Below are positions 11,028-22,424 of a stretch of 64,000 bases of DNA, one piece after another; positions within the stretch are counted from its first letter, which is position 1, and the number at the start of each line of letters is the position of its first letter. The position numbers were made by a program, and so were the translations under genes. Origin of the DNA: Escherichia coli. GTDB lineage: Bacteria; Pseudomonadota; Gammaproteobacteria; Enterobacterales; Enterobacteriaceae. The notes under the pieces are model-generated. The model was not told where the DNA came from. It ran no database searches and saw only the letters and a program-made list of their open reading frames with translations. The stretch is from assembly GCF_016026235.1 (NCBI RefSeq), contig NZ_CP065613.1, one strand, 5' to 3'.

Positions 11028-11549
11028 CAGGAGATGCTCCTGCATGGCTTTCAGATATGCATTTTCTGCGCGAAGATAACGCAGCTCATTCTTCATCTCT
11101 TCCGGCGTCATGTTTCCCTCGTTTTCATGGGTATCATCAGAACGGGTCATGCTTTTCTCCTTCCTGCGCCTGATAAAGGCCTCATTACCAGATTTGCGGT
11201 AGCCTTTTATCCAGTTTTTAACCATGTTGTGGCTGGGAATGTTAAACCGGGCAGCTACCCGGGGTAGAGACTCAGAATGCCCGAGAGCATAAAGAACCAC
11301 GCAAAGTTTATCTTCAGGAGAATAGCTACGCTTGTGTCTGCAATCCAGTGCCTGAGGACCGTGAAGAAGAAAAAGATTAATCCAGTGTGAGAGGCTGGTG
11401 TGAGAAAGTTGAAAGAGTTTTGCCGTAGAAATGATGCCTGCATGACCGGCCAGGTAATGATTTACAGCGGCAAGTTTTACTTCAAATGAATGTTTCATAA
11501 ACTGCACCTTCAGATGTCAGATTATGTCCAACATTTGGGGTGCAGTTCA

Positions 11550-11645
11550 GAACGCCTTATCCGGCCTACAAAGTCGTATAAATTCAATCTATTGCAGTTT
11601 ATTGGTAGGCCTGATAAGCGCAGCGCATCAGGCAATCTTACGCTT
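11550..11645. repeat. REP/BIME elements (right half of interrupted REP plus a second REP)
   Basis: gaacgccttatccggcctac ... taggcctgataagcgcagcgcatcaggc. Confidence 0.7.
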
Positions 11646-11797
11646 GTCATCAGTCTCATGCCCATAACCTTATTGATGTGGTGGTGGGTAAATTGGCGGC
11701 ATAGCTTGAGGTGGTAACGCGGAATACGAGAGATGGTGTCGTCACACCCTATGAGCTGTAATCCGGGCGACCAGCGCCACCCGGAAAACGTCAGAGA

Positions 11798-12727
11798 TTA
11801 CTCCCCTTCACCCGGAAACAGGAACGGGTTAATGGAACTGCGGGCATAGCCTTCTTGCTCCATTCGCGCGTCCAGTACCAGAGAAGCGAGGTCATCTGCC
11901 ACGGCTTCAACTTTCGGTTCTTTTTCCTGATAAAGAATCTTCAGGTAAGTGCCGCAGTCATCGCAGCTTTCGGCTTTAATCGCGGCCTGTTCGTCATCCA
12001 GCGACCAGTAATGCAGTTTGCCGCTCTGCTCGCAGTTGCTGCATTTTACGCGCACTACGTGCCATTCGGTTTCACACAGGTTGCAGTGCAGGTAACGCAG
12101 ACCCTGAGTGGTGCCAATTTGCACCATGCTGGACACCGGCATAGAACCACAAACCGGGCAATATTGACGTTGCTCGCCGTATTCAGCGCGGGCTTTGCCG
12201 GGGATCAGATTGGCCATCTGCGCCCAGTAGAGCGACAGTGCAGCCCAGATAAACGGCGCTTTATCGCTGCTGACGGATGAGAAATCAGAGGCAAACAGTG
12301 CGCTGGCCATATCTTCCAGCTCCTGAGTCGATGCCTTCTCCAGATTCTCAATCACTGCCAGCGCCGGGCCGCTCATTTCAGGTTTCAGCTCAGCAATCAG
12401 CGCCATCAGCAGCTTTTGCCAGTGCTTATCACGCGGCAGAACGTGAATATCCAGCGGGGGCTTGCCCTGTGCGCTGGCTTCTTTAATGCGCGCGGTCAGA
12501 TCCATCTCCAGCGGATGGTCGTACAGCACCACTTCCTGGGCGTGGGCGATAAGCGCAGCAAAGCGCAGGTAATCACCCAGCGGATTATTTTCTGCCAGCT
12601 CGCGCAGACGCTCGGCGCGGCGGTTGTATAAATTCTTGAGCCGAGGGAACAATAACGGCGGAATCATATCCGCCGTACGTTTCTCGCTCGAACCCAGCTC
12701 ATCTTGCGGGATTATGCGAATACTCAT
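11798..12727 (-). CDS. fdhE: formate dehydrogenase formation protein
   Basis: 309-aa ORF with CxxC pairs (CPVCG, CNLCE, CSNCE, CDDCG); next to fdoI. Confidence 0.9.
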   Translation of the reverse strand: MSIRIIPQDELGSSEKRTADMIPPLLFPRLKNLYNRRAERLRELAENNPLGDYLRFAALIAHAQEVVLYDHPLEMDLTARIKEASAQGKPPLDIHVLPRDKHWQKLLMALIAELKPEMSGPALAVIENLEKASTQELEDMASALFASDFSSVSSDKAPFIWAALSLYWAQMANLIPGKARAEYGEQRQYCPVCGSMPVSSMVQIGTTQGLRYLHCNLCETEWHVVRVKCSNCEQSGKLHYWSLDDEQAAIKAESCDDCGTYLKILYQEKEPKVEAVADDLASLVLDARMEQEGYARSSINPFLFPGEGE

Positions 12728-13359
12728 TCAGCTTTCTTTTCCGTTGTCTTGCGGACCTCACGGTACCAGCGCGGGTGATGTTTCTTCGCCCAGGCGCTGG
12801 TAACCCATCCTTCCACCATGGCGGTAATCGTGCCTTTCACCCAAAGGGCGGCGTAGATATGCACCATGATAACCACAATTAACGCCACTGCGGCAAATGA
12901 ATGCAGCATTAACGCGAATCGGATCACCGGGATTGAGAAAGCAGGCGCAAAATAAGGACGCCAGATAATCACGCCGCTCACCAGCAGCAGAACCAGGAAA
13001 ATAATCGCCGCCCAGAAAACGCATTTCTGACCGAAGTTATAACGCCCGGTGTCACCTACTTCCTCGTTGACGACGATCTTACGAATATTCTTCGCCCAAA
13101 AGATATCATCCCGATTGATTAGGTTGTGATGCCAGTAACGGAAAAACATGATGATGAACGAGGCAAACATAACCACGCCGACAAACGGGTGCAGAATTCG
13201 CGCCAGCTGCGGTGTGCCCATGATTTGCATCAACCAGTTGAAGGACGGGAACAAAAAGCCCAGCCCGCTCACCGCCGCCAGGATGAAGCAGAAGGCGGTG
13301 ATCCAGTGGTTGATACGTTCCGGCGCGGTGTAGCGCACGATGGTGTCACGTCGTTTCAT
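12724..13359 (-). CDS. fdoI: formate dehydrogenase-O cytochrome b556 subunit
   Basis: 211-aa multi-TM ORF; 4-nt overlap with fdhE and fdoH. Confidence 0.9.
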
Positions 13360-14258
13360 TTGCGCTCCTCGTCTTTCTCTTCGTGCAGATTATTCTCTTC
13401 CTCATCCGCACGGTTCGGACCGACACCCACGTAGTGGAAGATACTGGCTGCGAAGGTAGCCGCAAAGCCAACAGCTGCGAGCGGTTTCCAGATGCCTTTC
13501 CAGAATTTCACGGTTTCGCTGATTTCCGGGTTCTCCGGCAAGCCATGATACAGATTTGGCTTGTCAGCATGGTGCAGCACGTACATAACGTGTGTACCAC
13601 CGACGCCTGCCGGATCGTACAGGCCCGCATTGTCGTAACCGCGGGTTTTCAGCTCCGCCACGCGCTCGCTCGCCAGCGTTTTCATCGACTCTTTCGTACC
13701 GAAGTGAATCGCGCCCGTTGGGCAGGTCTTCACGCAGGCTGGTTCTTGCCCAACCACCACGCGGTCAACGCACAGCGTACATTTGTAGACGCGGTTGTCT
13801 TCCGGGTTGAGGCGCGGAATGTCGAACGGACAGCCCGCAATGCAGTAACCGCAGCCAATGCACTGCTCGGACTGGAAGTCGACGATACCGTTGGCATACT
13901 GAATAATTGCCCCTTCCGCCGGGCACGCTTTCAGGCAGCCTGGATCGGAACAGTGCATACAGCCGTCTTTGCGGATCAGCCATTCCAGTTTGTCGTTCTG
14001 CTCCACTTCCGAGAAGCGCATCACCGTCCACGATTTGGCGCTTAAATCATTGGGGTTGTCGTACACCCCAATGTTATTGCCGACGGTATCGCGAATGTCG
14101 TTCCACTCTGAACACGCCACCTGACAGGCTTTACAGCCGATACAGGTGGTGACGTCGATGAGTTTCGCCACTTCTTCCTGGAAGTCCCGCGCCTGAGGCG
14201 CGGGGGTCAGACCGTTAGTCGCGGAACGACGAATGATATCTTGCGATTGATAAGCCAT
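13356..14258 (-). CDS. fdoH: formate dehydrogenase-O iron-sulfur subunit
   Basis: 300-aa ORF with several CxxCxxCxxxCP ferredoxin motifs and C-terminal TM anchor. Confidence 0.9.
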
Positions 14259-14270
14259 ATGTCGTCTCCG

Positions 14271-17200
14271 TTACACCTTTTCCACATTCACAAGGAAGGA
14301 CTTAAACTCCGGCGTCTGCGTGTTCGCATCACCAACGAATGGCGTTAACGTATTGGCAATAAAGCCTTTTTTAGCTACGCCTTCATAACCCCAGTGAATC
14401 GGAATACCGATGGTATCGATATCTTTGCCGTTCGCTTTCAGCGTGCGAATACGTTTGGTCACCACCGCTTTGGCCTTGATATAGCCACGGTTGGAGGAGA
14501 CTTTCACGGTATCGCCCTGGGCAATGCCAAGTTTATTCGCCAGCGACTCCCCGATTTCCACAAACTGCTCTGGCTGCAAAATCGCGTTCAACAGCGCGTG
14601 TTTGGTCCAGTAGTGGAAGTGCTCGGTCAGACGATAGGTGGTTCCGACATACGGGAACTTATCGGCTTTACCCAATGCTTCGGCGTCGTCTTTAAAGATA
14701 CGTGCAGCCGGGTTCGAGATAACGTTTGGATGCAGCGGGTTAGTTCCCAGCGGCGTTTCAAACGGCTCGTAGTGTTCCGGGAACGGACCTTCCGCCATCT
14801 TATCGAGGGCAAACAGACGCCCCATGCCTTCCTGCTGCATGATAAACGGCCCGACGCCGCTGCCCGGAGGCGCTGCGCTGTAGTCCGGAATATCCCAGCC
14901 GGTCCACTTAGTGCCGTCCCATTTCAGCAACTGACGCTTCGGATCCCACGGGTTACCCTGCGGATCTGCGGAGGCGCGGTTATACAGAATGCGGCGGTTA
15001 AGCGGCCATGCCCATGCCCAGCCCAGCGTGTTACCGAGGCCAGACGGATCGGCGTTATCACGACGCGCCATCTGGTTGCCTTCCGGCGTCCAGCTACCGG
15101 CGAAAATCCAGCAACCACAGGAAGTTGTACCGTCATCGCGCAGTTGGGCGAACGAGCTAAGTTGTTGGCCTTTCTTGACGATAACCGCACCGGTTGCCGG
15201 ATCGGTAATATCGGCCAGCGCCTTACCGTTACTCTCCATCGCCACTTCTTCTGAAGATGGCTCATGCGGAATGGCGTAGTTCCAGGTCATGTTCAGCACC
15301 TGGTCCGGGTTCGCGCCACCCTGTTCGGCATACATCTTGCGCAAGCGCAGGAAGATACCGGAGAGGATCTCGCCGTCAGTCAGCGCAATCCCCGGGGCGT
15401 CCGCACCTTTCCAGTGCCACTGTAACCAGCGACCTGAGTTAACGATAGAACCGTTCTCTTCCGCGAAGCAGGTCGATGGCAGACGGAACACTTCGGTCTG
15501 GATCTTCGACGAGTCAACTTCGTTCAGCTCACCGTGGTTCTGCCAGAAGTTAGAGGTTTCAGTGTTCAGCGGGTCGATGGTGACGAGGAACTTCAGTTTC
15601 GACAGACAACCGATCACTTTGTTTTTGTTCGGGAATGAGGCAACAGGGTTAAAGCCCTGGCAGATATAGCCATTGACCTTGCCCTCTTTCATCATCTCGA
15701 AGTATTGCAGGACGTCGTAGCCTTTATCCCACTTCGGCAACCAGTCAAAGCCCCAGCTATTTTCCGCCGTCGCTTTATCACCAAAGAAGGCCTTCATCAT
15801 AGAGACGAAGAATTTCGGGTAGTTGCCCCAGTAGTTTACCTGGCCTTCCAGCAGCGGTTTTGGCGTGTTGGCGGTAAGGTAGGTTTGCAGATCGGTCTGC
15901 TTCTCGCTTGGCAGCGTCATGTAACCTGGCAGGCTCTGCGACAGCAGCCCCAGGTCCGTCAGCCCCTGAATATTGGAGTGACCGCGCAGGGCGTTAACGC
16001 CGCCGCCAGCCATCCCCATGTTACCGAGCAGCAGCTGGATCATCGCCATCGTACGAATGTTTTGCGCACCAACGGAGTGTTGCGTCCAGCCGAGGGCATA
16101 CAGGAACGAGGCAGTTTTATCGTGAGCACTGGTTTCTGCGATGTATTCGCAGACTTTCAGGAACGCGTCTTTTGGCGTACCACAGATGTTTTCAACCACA
16201 TCTGGCGTGTAGCGGGAAACGTGCTGTTTCAGCAAGTTCCACACGCAGCGCGGATGTTGCAGCGTGGTATCGCGTTTGGCGAAGCCGTTTTCGTCCAGTT
16301 CATAAGTCCAGGAGGATTTATCGTACTTGCGTTTTTCCGCGTCGTAGCCGGTGAACAGGCCATCTTCAAAGCCGTAATCCTCACGCACGATCAGGCTGGC
16401 GTTGGTATAGGCTTCGGTGTATTCGCGGTTGAATTTTTCATTGTTCAGCAGGTACAGCAATACGCCTGACAGGAAAGCAATGTCAGTACCGGAACGAATA
16501 GGGGCATAGTAGTCAGCCACCGCCGCCGTACGCGTAAAGCGAGGATCGATCACAATCAGCTTCGCGCCATTGTGAATTTTGGCTTCCATCGCCCAGCGGA
16601 ACCCGACCGGGTGAGCTTCAGCGGCGTTACCGCCCATCACCACGACGAGGTTGGCGTTCTTGATGTCGACCCAGTGGTTGGTCATCGCACCGCGACCAAA
16701 TGTTGGAGCAAGACTTGCTACCGTTGGTCCGTGTCAGACACGCGCCTGGTTGTCGACCGCGAGCATACCCAGCGCGCGGGAGAATTTTTGCGTTAAATAG
16801 CCGGTTTCGTTACTCGACGCGGAAGCACACAGCATCCCGGTGGAGAGCCAGCGGTTAACAGTCACGCCTTCGGCGTTTTGCGCAATGTAGTTAGCATCGC
16901 GGTCTTCTTTCATCAGTTTGGCGATGCGATCAAACGCCTCTTCCCAACTGATTTGCTGCCATTTATCAGAACCTGGCGCACGGTATTCCGGAAACTTCAG
17001 ACGGCTTTCGGAGTGGATGAAATCCACCAGGCCAGCGCCTTTCGGACAAAGTGCACCGCGGTTGACCGGGTGATCCGGATCGCCTTCGATATGGAAGATA
17101 GATGCTTTGGCGTTTTTTGCTCCGTCACCGAGGCTGTACATCAACAGCCCACAGCCTACGGAACAATAGGTGCAGGTATTACGGGTTTCGCGGGTGCGCA

Positions 17201-17321
17201 GCAGTTTATACTGCCGGGTTTCCGCGAGTGCTACGCTGGGTGCAAAACCCAGTGCCGCTGCCGTGGTGCCTGCCATACCGCCAGCGCAGATCTTAAAGAA
17301 CTGCCTTCTGCTGACCTGCAT
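14271..17321 (-). CDS. fdoG: formate dehydrogenase-O major subunit (selenocysteine-containing molybdoenzyme, Tat signal)
   Basis: ORFs 16734..17321 and 14271..16685 are in the same frame, separated only by an in-frame TGA at 16734-16736 (reverse strand); N-terminal twin-arginine motif (SRRQFFK); combined length 1016 codons. Confidence 0.9.
16688..16733 (-). other. SECIS-like stem-loop directing selenocysteine insertion at the fdoG UGA
   Basis: mRNA just 3' of the UGA reads CAC GGA CCA ACG GUA GCA AGU CUU GCU CC..., a hairpin resembling the fdhF SECIS (recalled). Confidence 0.6.
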
Positions 17322-17514
17322 GGATTGCTCCTTGTTTCGACATTGTCACGTCCCATTTACATTCGCTTGCTGCGTGTGCAGGGAGTGGGAGTTATTTTTC
17401 TTTGCGGAAGGGGCCGCAAAGGTCCAGAATTGGCTCAATTTCCCTCCATCCAGGAAGGGTTTGTAACAGAATACCATAATGTTGGTGTGTGTGTTCTTAT
17501 CTGGTTAAGAGAAA

Positions 17515-18348
17515 GTGAAAAAAACACAGCAAAAAGAAATCGAAAATGTGACAAATATCACAGGTGTTCGTCAAATTGAGTTATGGCGGCGTGATGATTT
17601 ACAACACCCACGGTTAGATGAGGTCGCGGAAGAAGTTCCCGTTGCGCTGGTCTACAACGGCATTTCGCATGTGGTGATGATGGCGTCGCCCAAAGACCTT
17701 GAGTACTTTGCGCTCGGTTTTTCGCTTTCCGAGGGGATAATAGAAAGTCCGCGCGATATCTTCGGCATGGATGTCGTTCCTTCCTGTAATGGTCTTGAAG
17801 TACAAATTGAGCTTTCCAGCCGCCGCTTTATGGGGTTGAAGGAGCGCCGCCGGGCGCTGGCGGGACGTACGGGCTGTGGCGTATGCGGCGTGGAGCAACT
17901 TAATGACATCGGAAAACCGGTGCAGCCGCTACCGTTCACCCAGACGTTTGATCTCAACAAACTGGATGATGCATTACGTCATCTCAACGATTTTCAGCCA
18001 GTGGGGCAACTGACTGGTTGTACTCACGCCGCTGCCTGGATGTTGCCATCTGGCGAACTGGTCGGCGGGCATGAAGACGTGGGTCGCCATGTGGCGCTGG
18101 ACAAACTGTTAGGCCGCCGGTCACAAGAAGGGGAAAGCTGGCAGCAAGGTGCGGTACTGGTTTCCAGTCGTGCCAGTTATGAAATGGTGCAAAAGTCGGC
18201 GATGTGCGGCGTAGAGATTTTGTTTGCGGTGTCTGCCGCGACCACGCTTGCTGTAGAAGTGGCTGAGCGCTGTAATTTGACACTGGTAGGTTTTTGTAAA
18301 CCGGGTCGGGCAACGGTTTATACCCATCCGCAGCGTTTGAGCAATTAA
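17515..18348 (+). CDS. fdhD: sulfurtransferase FdhD (formate dehydrogenase maturation)
   Basis: 277-aa ORF; divergent from fdoG. Confidence 0.9.
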
Positions 18349-18355
18349 TTAAAAT

Positions 18356-18395
18356 AAGTCCTGCGATATATATTAAATTGCAGGACTTATTCATT
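18356..18395 (+). terminator. hairpin after fdhD (possible terminator)
   Basis: Inverted repeat aagtcctgc / gcaggactt followed by a T-rich segment. Confidence 0.35.
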
Positions 18396-18500
18396 TCGTG
18401 AATTTTATTATTTTATTTATAAACAAAATGCGTGTAGTGGCGTTTTCTTTTTTCATTTATTATGTTCACTCTCTTATCTATATATTTATAAGGCAATTAA

Positions 18501-19556
18501 ATGAAAAGGAATTTATTATCTTCCGCTATTATAGTCGCCATCATGGCCCTCGGTCTGACGGGTTGTGATGATAAAAAAGCCGAAACAGAAACGCTCCCGC
18601 CTGCCAATAGTCAACCTGCCGCACCAGCTCCTGAAGCGAAACCTACTGAAGCTCCCGTTGCAAAAGCAGAAGCTAAACCTGAAACACCTGCGCAACCGGT
18701 GGTCGATGAACAAGCGGTTTTCGACGAAAAAATGGATGTCTATATCAAGTGCTACAACAAGTTACAGATCCCGGTACAGAGCAGTCTGGCGCGTTATGCT
18801 GACTGGCTGAAAGATTTTAAACAGGGGCCTACCGGTGAAGAGCGTACTGTTTATGGCATCTACGGCATTAGTGAATCCAGCCTCGCTGAGTGTGAAAAAG
18901 GCGTAAAAAGTGCTGTGGCGTTAACGCCTGCGCTGCAACCAATTGATGGCGTGGCGGTGAGTTATATCGATGCTGCCGTGGCGTTGGGTAATACCATTAA
19001 CGAAATGGATAAATATTACACCCAGGAAAATTATAAAGACGATGCGTTTGCGAAAGGGAAAACGCTGCACCAGACATTCTTAAAAAATCTGGAAGCCTTT
19101 GAACCTGTAGCAGAATCTTATCATGCGGCGATTCAGGAAATTAACGATAAGCGCCAGCTTGCGGAACTGAAAAATATTGAAGAAAGAGAAGGGAAAACAT
19201 TCCACTACTACTCTCTGGCAGTCATGATTTCAGCGAAACAAATTAATAACCTGATTTCGCAAGAGAAGTTTGATGTTGATGCGGCAATGAAGAAAGTCTC
19301 TGAACTGGAAACGCTGGTGGCGCAGGCCAAAGAAGCGGATAAAGGCGGTATGAATTTCTCGTTCATTAATTCGGCAGACCAGTATCAACTCGAGACTAAA
19401 AAATATGTTCGCCGCGTCAGAGATACAGTCCCGTACTCTGACTGGGATAAAGAGCATCTTCAGGATGCAAACACAAGCTGGATGGTCGAAGACTCATTTC
19501 CACGAGCGTTACGCGAGTACAACGAAATGGTTGATGACTATAATAGCCTGCGTTAA
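18501..19556 (+). CDS. yiiG: lipoprotein of unknown function
   Basis: 351-aa ORF; signal peptide with lipobox LTGC; Pro/Ala-rich linker. Confidence 0.85.
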   Translation: MKRNLLSSAIIVAIMALGLTGCDDKKAETETLPPANSQPAAPAPEAKPTEAPVAKAEAKPETPAQPVVDEQAVFDEKMDVYIKCYNKLQIPVQSSLARYADWLKDFKQGPTGEERTVYGIYGISESSLAECEKGVKSAVALTPALQPIDGVAVSYIDAAVALGNTINEMDKYYTQENYKDDAFAKGKTLHQTFLKNLEAFEPVAESYHAAIQEINDKRQLAELKNIEEREGKTFHYYSLAVMISAKQINNLISQEKFDVDAAMKKVSELETLVAQAKEADKGGMNFSFINSADQYQLETKKYVRRVRDTVPYSDWDKEHLQDANTSWMVEDSFPRALREYNEMVDDYNSLR

Positions 19557-19605
19557 ACGTTTTTGATGATAAATGCAGTGTCGGATGCGGCGCATCCGAC
19601 ACAGT

Positions 19606-21354
19606 TCACCCCTTGTGAAGTAACTCCATAAATGCCTCATATCCTGTTAACCCGGCAATAACCTCTGCCGGATGCTGACACAATATGCTTGCCAGATAGC
19701 TAAATATTTTTAGCTCATGACGCGCATCGGCGGCGGCGCAGGCGATCAAGACATGGTTAATGACTTCGTTATTCACCTCAACTGATTGGGCGAGGGTAAT
19801 AAAAAATCCACGAAAACGTCGCTCCTGTTCGCTCCAGCAATGTGGGATGGCGAGGCGATTAACAATCAGGTTTTCACCTTCTCCTTCGCGGGCGATGATC
19901 CGTTGCGCTTCATCGGCGGTAATATGGTGTTGTGCGACTAATTGCGCACAAATTTGCCGGGTAATATGTTGCCAGCTTTCACCGCGTACATTCGAATAAT
20001 GAAAACTTCCGGGGGCAGAGAAAAAACGCTCCGGTTGCTGGCGAATAAATGCCGTCGCCAGAAAATGTTTTATTTGTTCGATACCGGCAGCCGTAATGAT
20101 ATTTTTTACGGTGATGCAATTATTTACCGCGTCATCCAGTAAATAATGGCTGTTGTTAATGATCAATAACGGCTCAATCTCTTCGCGAATGGCAACAAGC
20201 TCGCTTAAGCTACGGGCAATAATCACCCGACAATGTAAAACATCGCGCTCAATGGCGAGCTGATTAATGGTGGCAATCGCGTTCTGGTCCGAGAGCAAAA
20301 TGATCGGCTGGCGTTCGTTTTGATGCCGTTCCAGCGCACAGGCAAAATACAAACCGATCAGATCGCTATCGAAAAGGGGAATATCGAGCTGTTCACGCAG
20401 TAGCGTAATAAAGTGCAGACTCATATCAAAGGCCGCAGGCCAGGCGGCTTTCAGGTTATTCATGCTGCTTTGGCGGTGCTCAGCAATCCACACTGGTGCG
20501 GCAAGGCAACGTAATAAATGCCCGGTAATATTCTCAACCAGCTGCGTATCAATAATATTCAATGACGCGATGCCCGGCACCCTTTGCAGCAACCCCTGCA
20601 CATTATCGGCAGAAATTACCTGTGCTTGCTGATGCTGTTTCTCTATCAAACCCGTCAGGGTTCTTACAGCATTATCACCAAGAAACAGGCCGCTCTGTTC
20701 AACGATTTGTTTTATCTCGTTACCGGGATATTGCGGCCATGTGTCAGTAAGCTGATTACGCAGGGCGTAAATCGCCAGAATCAGGCTGGAGAGATAATCA
20801 CCCTGCATCAGCGGCCAGCGGTGTTGGTTGTCGCAGACCGTGGATAATTGCTGAAGGTTGTCTCGTGTTACGCCCGCCAGCGGTATTAAAAACGGATCTT
20901 TGCGTAGCAAGTTCGCCAGCAAGATAACGCGCTTCTCTTCTGTCTCATCAATGAAATGGCCCAAACCGGGGCGACTGGCCAGGCAGCAAGTACGTTCATA
21001 ACGCTGTTTCAGGCGGGGCAGACGCTCTGCTACCCACGTTTCTGGCAAATTAAGCGCCGAGGCGAGTTGCGCACGGGGAGTGAAAGTATTCAGTAATAAC
21101 AGCGCCAGCAGCCGATCGTCGTTATCGTGCTTTTGCAGCAACTGAAAAAAACTGCGGCGCTCGAAGATTTCCAGCTGATAGCCCGCACTGCCACTGGCAG
21201 AGATACGAGCTTTGCCGTTAAGGGTAAAGTTGAGATAGTCAATATCACGCAGGATGGTCCTGCCTGAAACGCCAGTCTGTTGCGCCAGCTCGCCAGGCGT
21301 GCGCGGCTGTTGCTCCAGCAGATCGACAATCTTTAACTGGCGTTCGTTTAGCAT
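19606..21354 (-). CDS. frvR: frv operon transcriptional regulator
   Basis: 582-aa ORF with N-terminal HTH; order frvR-frvX-frvB-frvA. Confidence 0.85.
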   Translation of the reverse strand: MLNERQLKIVDLLEQQPRTPGELAQQTGVSGRTILRDIDYLNFTLNGKARISASGSAGYQLEIFERRSFFQLLQKHDNDDRLLALLLLNTFTPRAQLASALNLPETWVAERLPRLKQRYERTCCLASRPGLGHFIDETEEKRVILLANLLRKDPFLIPLAGVTRDNLQQLSTVCDNQHRWPLMQGDYLSSLILAIYALRNQLTDTWPQYPGNEIKQIVEQSGLFLGDNAVRTLTGLIEKQHQQAQVISADNVQGLLQRVPGIASLNIIDTQLVENITGHLLRCLAAPVWIAEHRQSSMNNLKAAWPAAFDMSLHFITLLREQLDIPLFDSDLIGLYFACALERHQNERQPIILLSDQNAIATINQLAIERDVLHCRVIIARSLSELVAIREEIEPLLIINNSHYLLDDAVNNCITVKNIITAAGIEQIKHFLATAFIRQQPERFFSAPGSFHYSNVRGESWQHITRQICAQLVAQHHITADEAQRIIAREGEGENLIVNRLAIPHCWSEQERRFRGFFITLAQSVEVNNEVINHVLIACAAADARHELKIFSYLASILCQHPAEVIAGLTGYEAFMELLHKG

Positions 21355-22424
21355 TAATCCACCTGACGGAACTGGCTAAACGCGTTGACTTTCTCCGCAG
21401 TTAAGGTCGTCAGAAAATCCCGTATCAGCGTGAGCAGAGCATCATAATCGGCTTTTGAAATCATGCCGCTGTTGGCGTGCAGATAACGAGTTGGCAGACA
21501 CAGCGCGACAACCGGACGCCCGCCGCCCATCACGTTGTAGCGCCCGCCATCCGTCGCACCGGTTTTCATGGTGGAAAATTGCAGCGGTAAATCGTTATGT
21601 GCGGCACAGCTTTTTAACGCCGCCACCAGTTTCTGGTTGGGGAAGTAGCGCTTGTCAAACAGCATCAGCCCCGGCCCGTTGCCCAGTTTCAGCGGGTATT
21701 TAATGTTATCAATGCCCGGAACATCGCCCGCTACGGCGGTATCCAACACGATCACGACGTCCGGTTTAATGTGTTCCGCCGAGGTTTGCGCCCCGCGTAG
21801 CCCAACTTCTTCTTCCACGCTGCCGACGCCGTACAGCGTAATTTTTGGGTTATTTACTGTCTGTAGTAGCTCCGCCATCATCGCGCAGCCGATGCGGTTA
21901 TCCAACGCCTTGCCGACTACTTTATCTTCGCCCCAGCAGGCAAAATTGGCTTCCGGGCTAATAAAATTACCAATTTCCACGCCGCGTTTTTCCGCTTCTT
22001 CGCGACTTTTCGCGCCAATATCAATGAACATCTCATCAAATGACAGCGGTTGTTGCTTTTGCTTTTCCGTTAACGCATGAGGCGCGACGGAACCAATCAC
22101 ACCAGGGATTTTATATCCCTTGTGTGTGCGTATGGTTACCCGGTGGTTGAGCATCGACTGATTCCACCAGCCGCCAATGGTGGTAAAGCGCAGAAAACCG
22201 CTCTCGTCGATGTGGGTGACCATAAAGCCGACTTCATCCATATGCCCGACAACGGCAACTTTTGGACCTTTATTTCCCTTACGGGCAACAAAGCTGCCCA
22301 GACCATCAAAGGTGATCTCATTAACGCAAGGTTCCAGCGTGTTTATCAGAATGTCGCGAACTTCCTGTTCATCGCCGCTGACGGCGCTGGCTTCGCACAA
22401 CTGTTGCAGTAACTCAATGTTCAT
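21354..22424 (-). CDS. frvX: M42-family aminopeptidase/endoglucanase-like protein
   Basis: ORF 21354..22430; metal-binding HxD-type motifs (GHMDEVGF); start could be either of two ATGs 6 nt apart. Confidence 0.85.
   Translation of the reverse strand: MNIELLQQLCEASAVSGDEQEVRDILINTLEPCVNEITFDGLGSFVARKGNKGPKVAVVGHMDEVGFMVTHIDESGFLRFTTIGGWWNQSMLNHRVTIRTHKGYKIPGVIGSVAPHALTEKQKQQPLSFDEMFIDIGAKSREEAEKRGVEIGNFISPEANFACWGEDKVVGKALDNRIGCAMMAELLQTVNNPKITLYGVGSVEEEVGLRGAQTSAEHIKPDVVIVLDTAVAGDVPGIDNIKYPLKLGNGPGLMLFDKRYFPNQKLVAALKSCAAHNDLPLQFSTMKTGATDGGRYNVMGGGRPVVALCLPTRYLHANSGMISKADYDALLTLIRDFLTTLTAEKVNAFSQFRQVD

Noticed and set aside
13383-14045. 220-aa plus-strand ORF inside fdoH
   Set aside because: Antisense to a well-supported Fe-S subunit gene; Arg/Ala-rich low-complexity translation typical of spurious frames in GC-rich coding DNA
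15705-16469. 254-aa plus-strand ORF inside fdoG (and several shorter ones between 14394 and 15669)
   Set aside because: Antisense to fdoG; no RBS; composition consistent with a chance open frame
16686-16736. Apparent premature stop splitting fdoG into two ORFs (possible pseudogene)
   Set aside because: The stop is a single in-frame TGA with a SECIS-like hairpin just downstream and the summed length matches the full catalytic subunit; interpreted as selenocysteine recoding
19578-19602. Palindrome gtgtcggatgcggcgcatccgacac between yiiG and frvR, considered as a terminator
   Set aside because: No flanking U-run on either strand; more likely a REP-like palindrome, so not listed as a terminator
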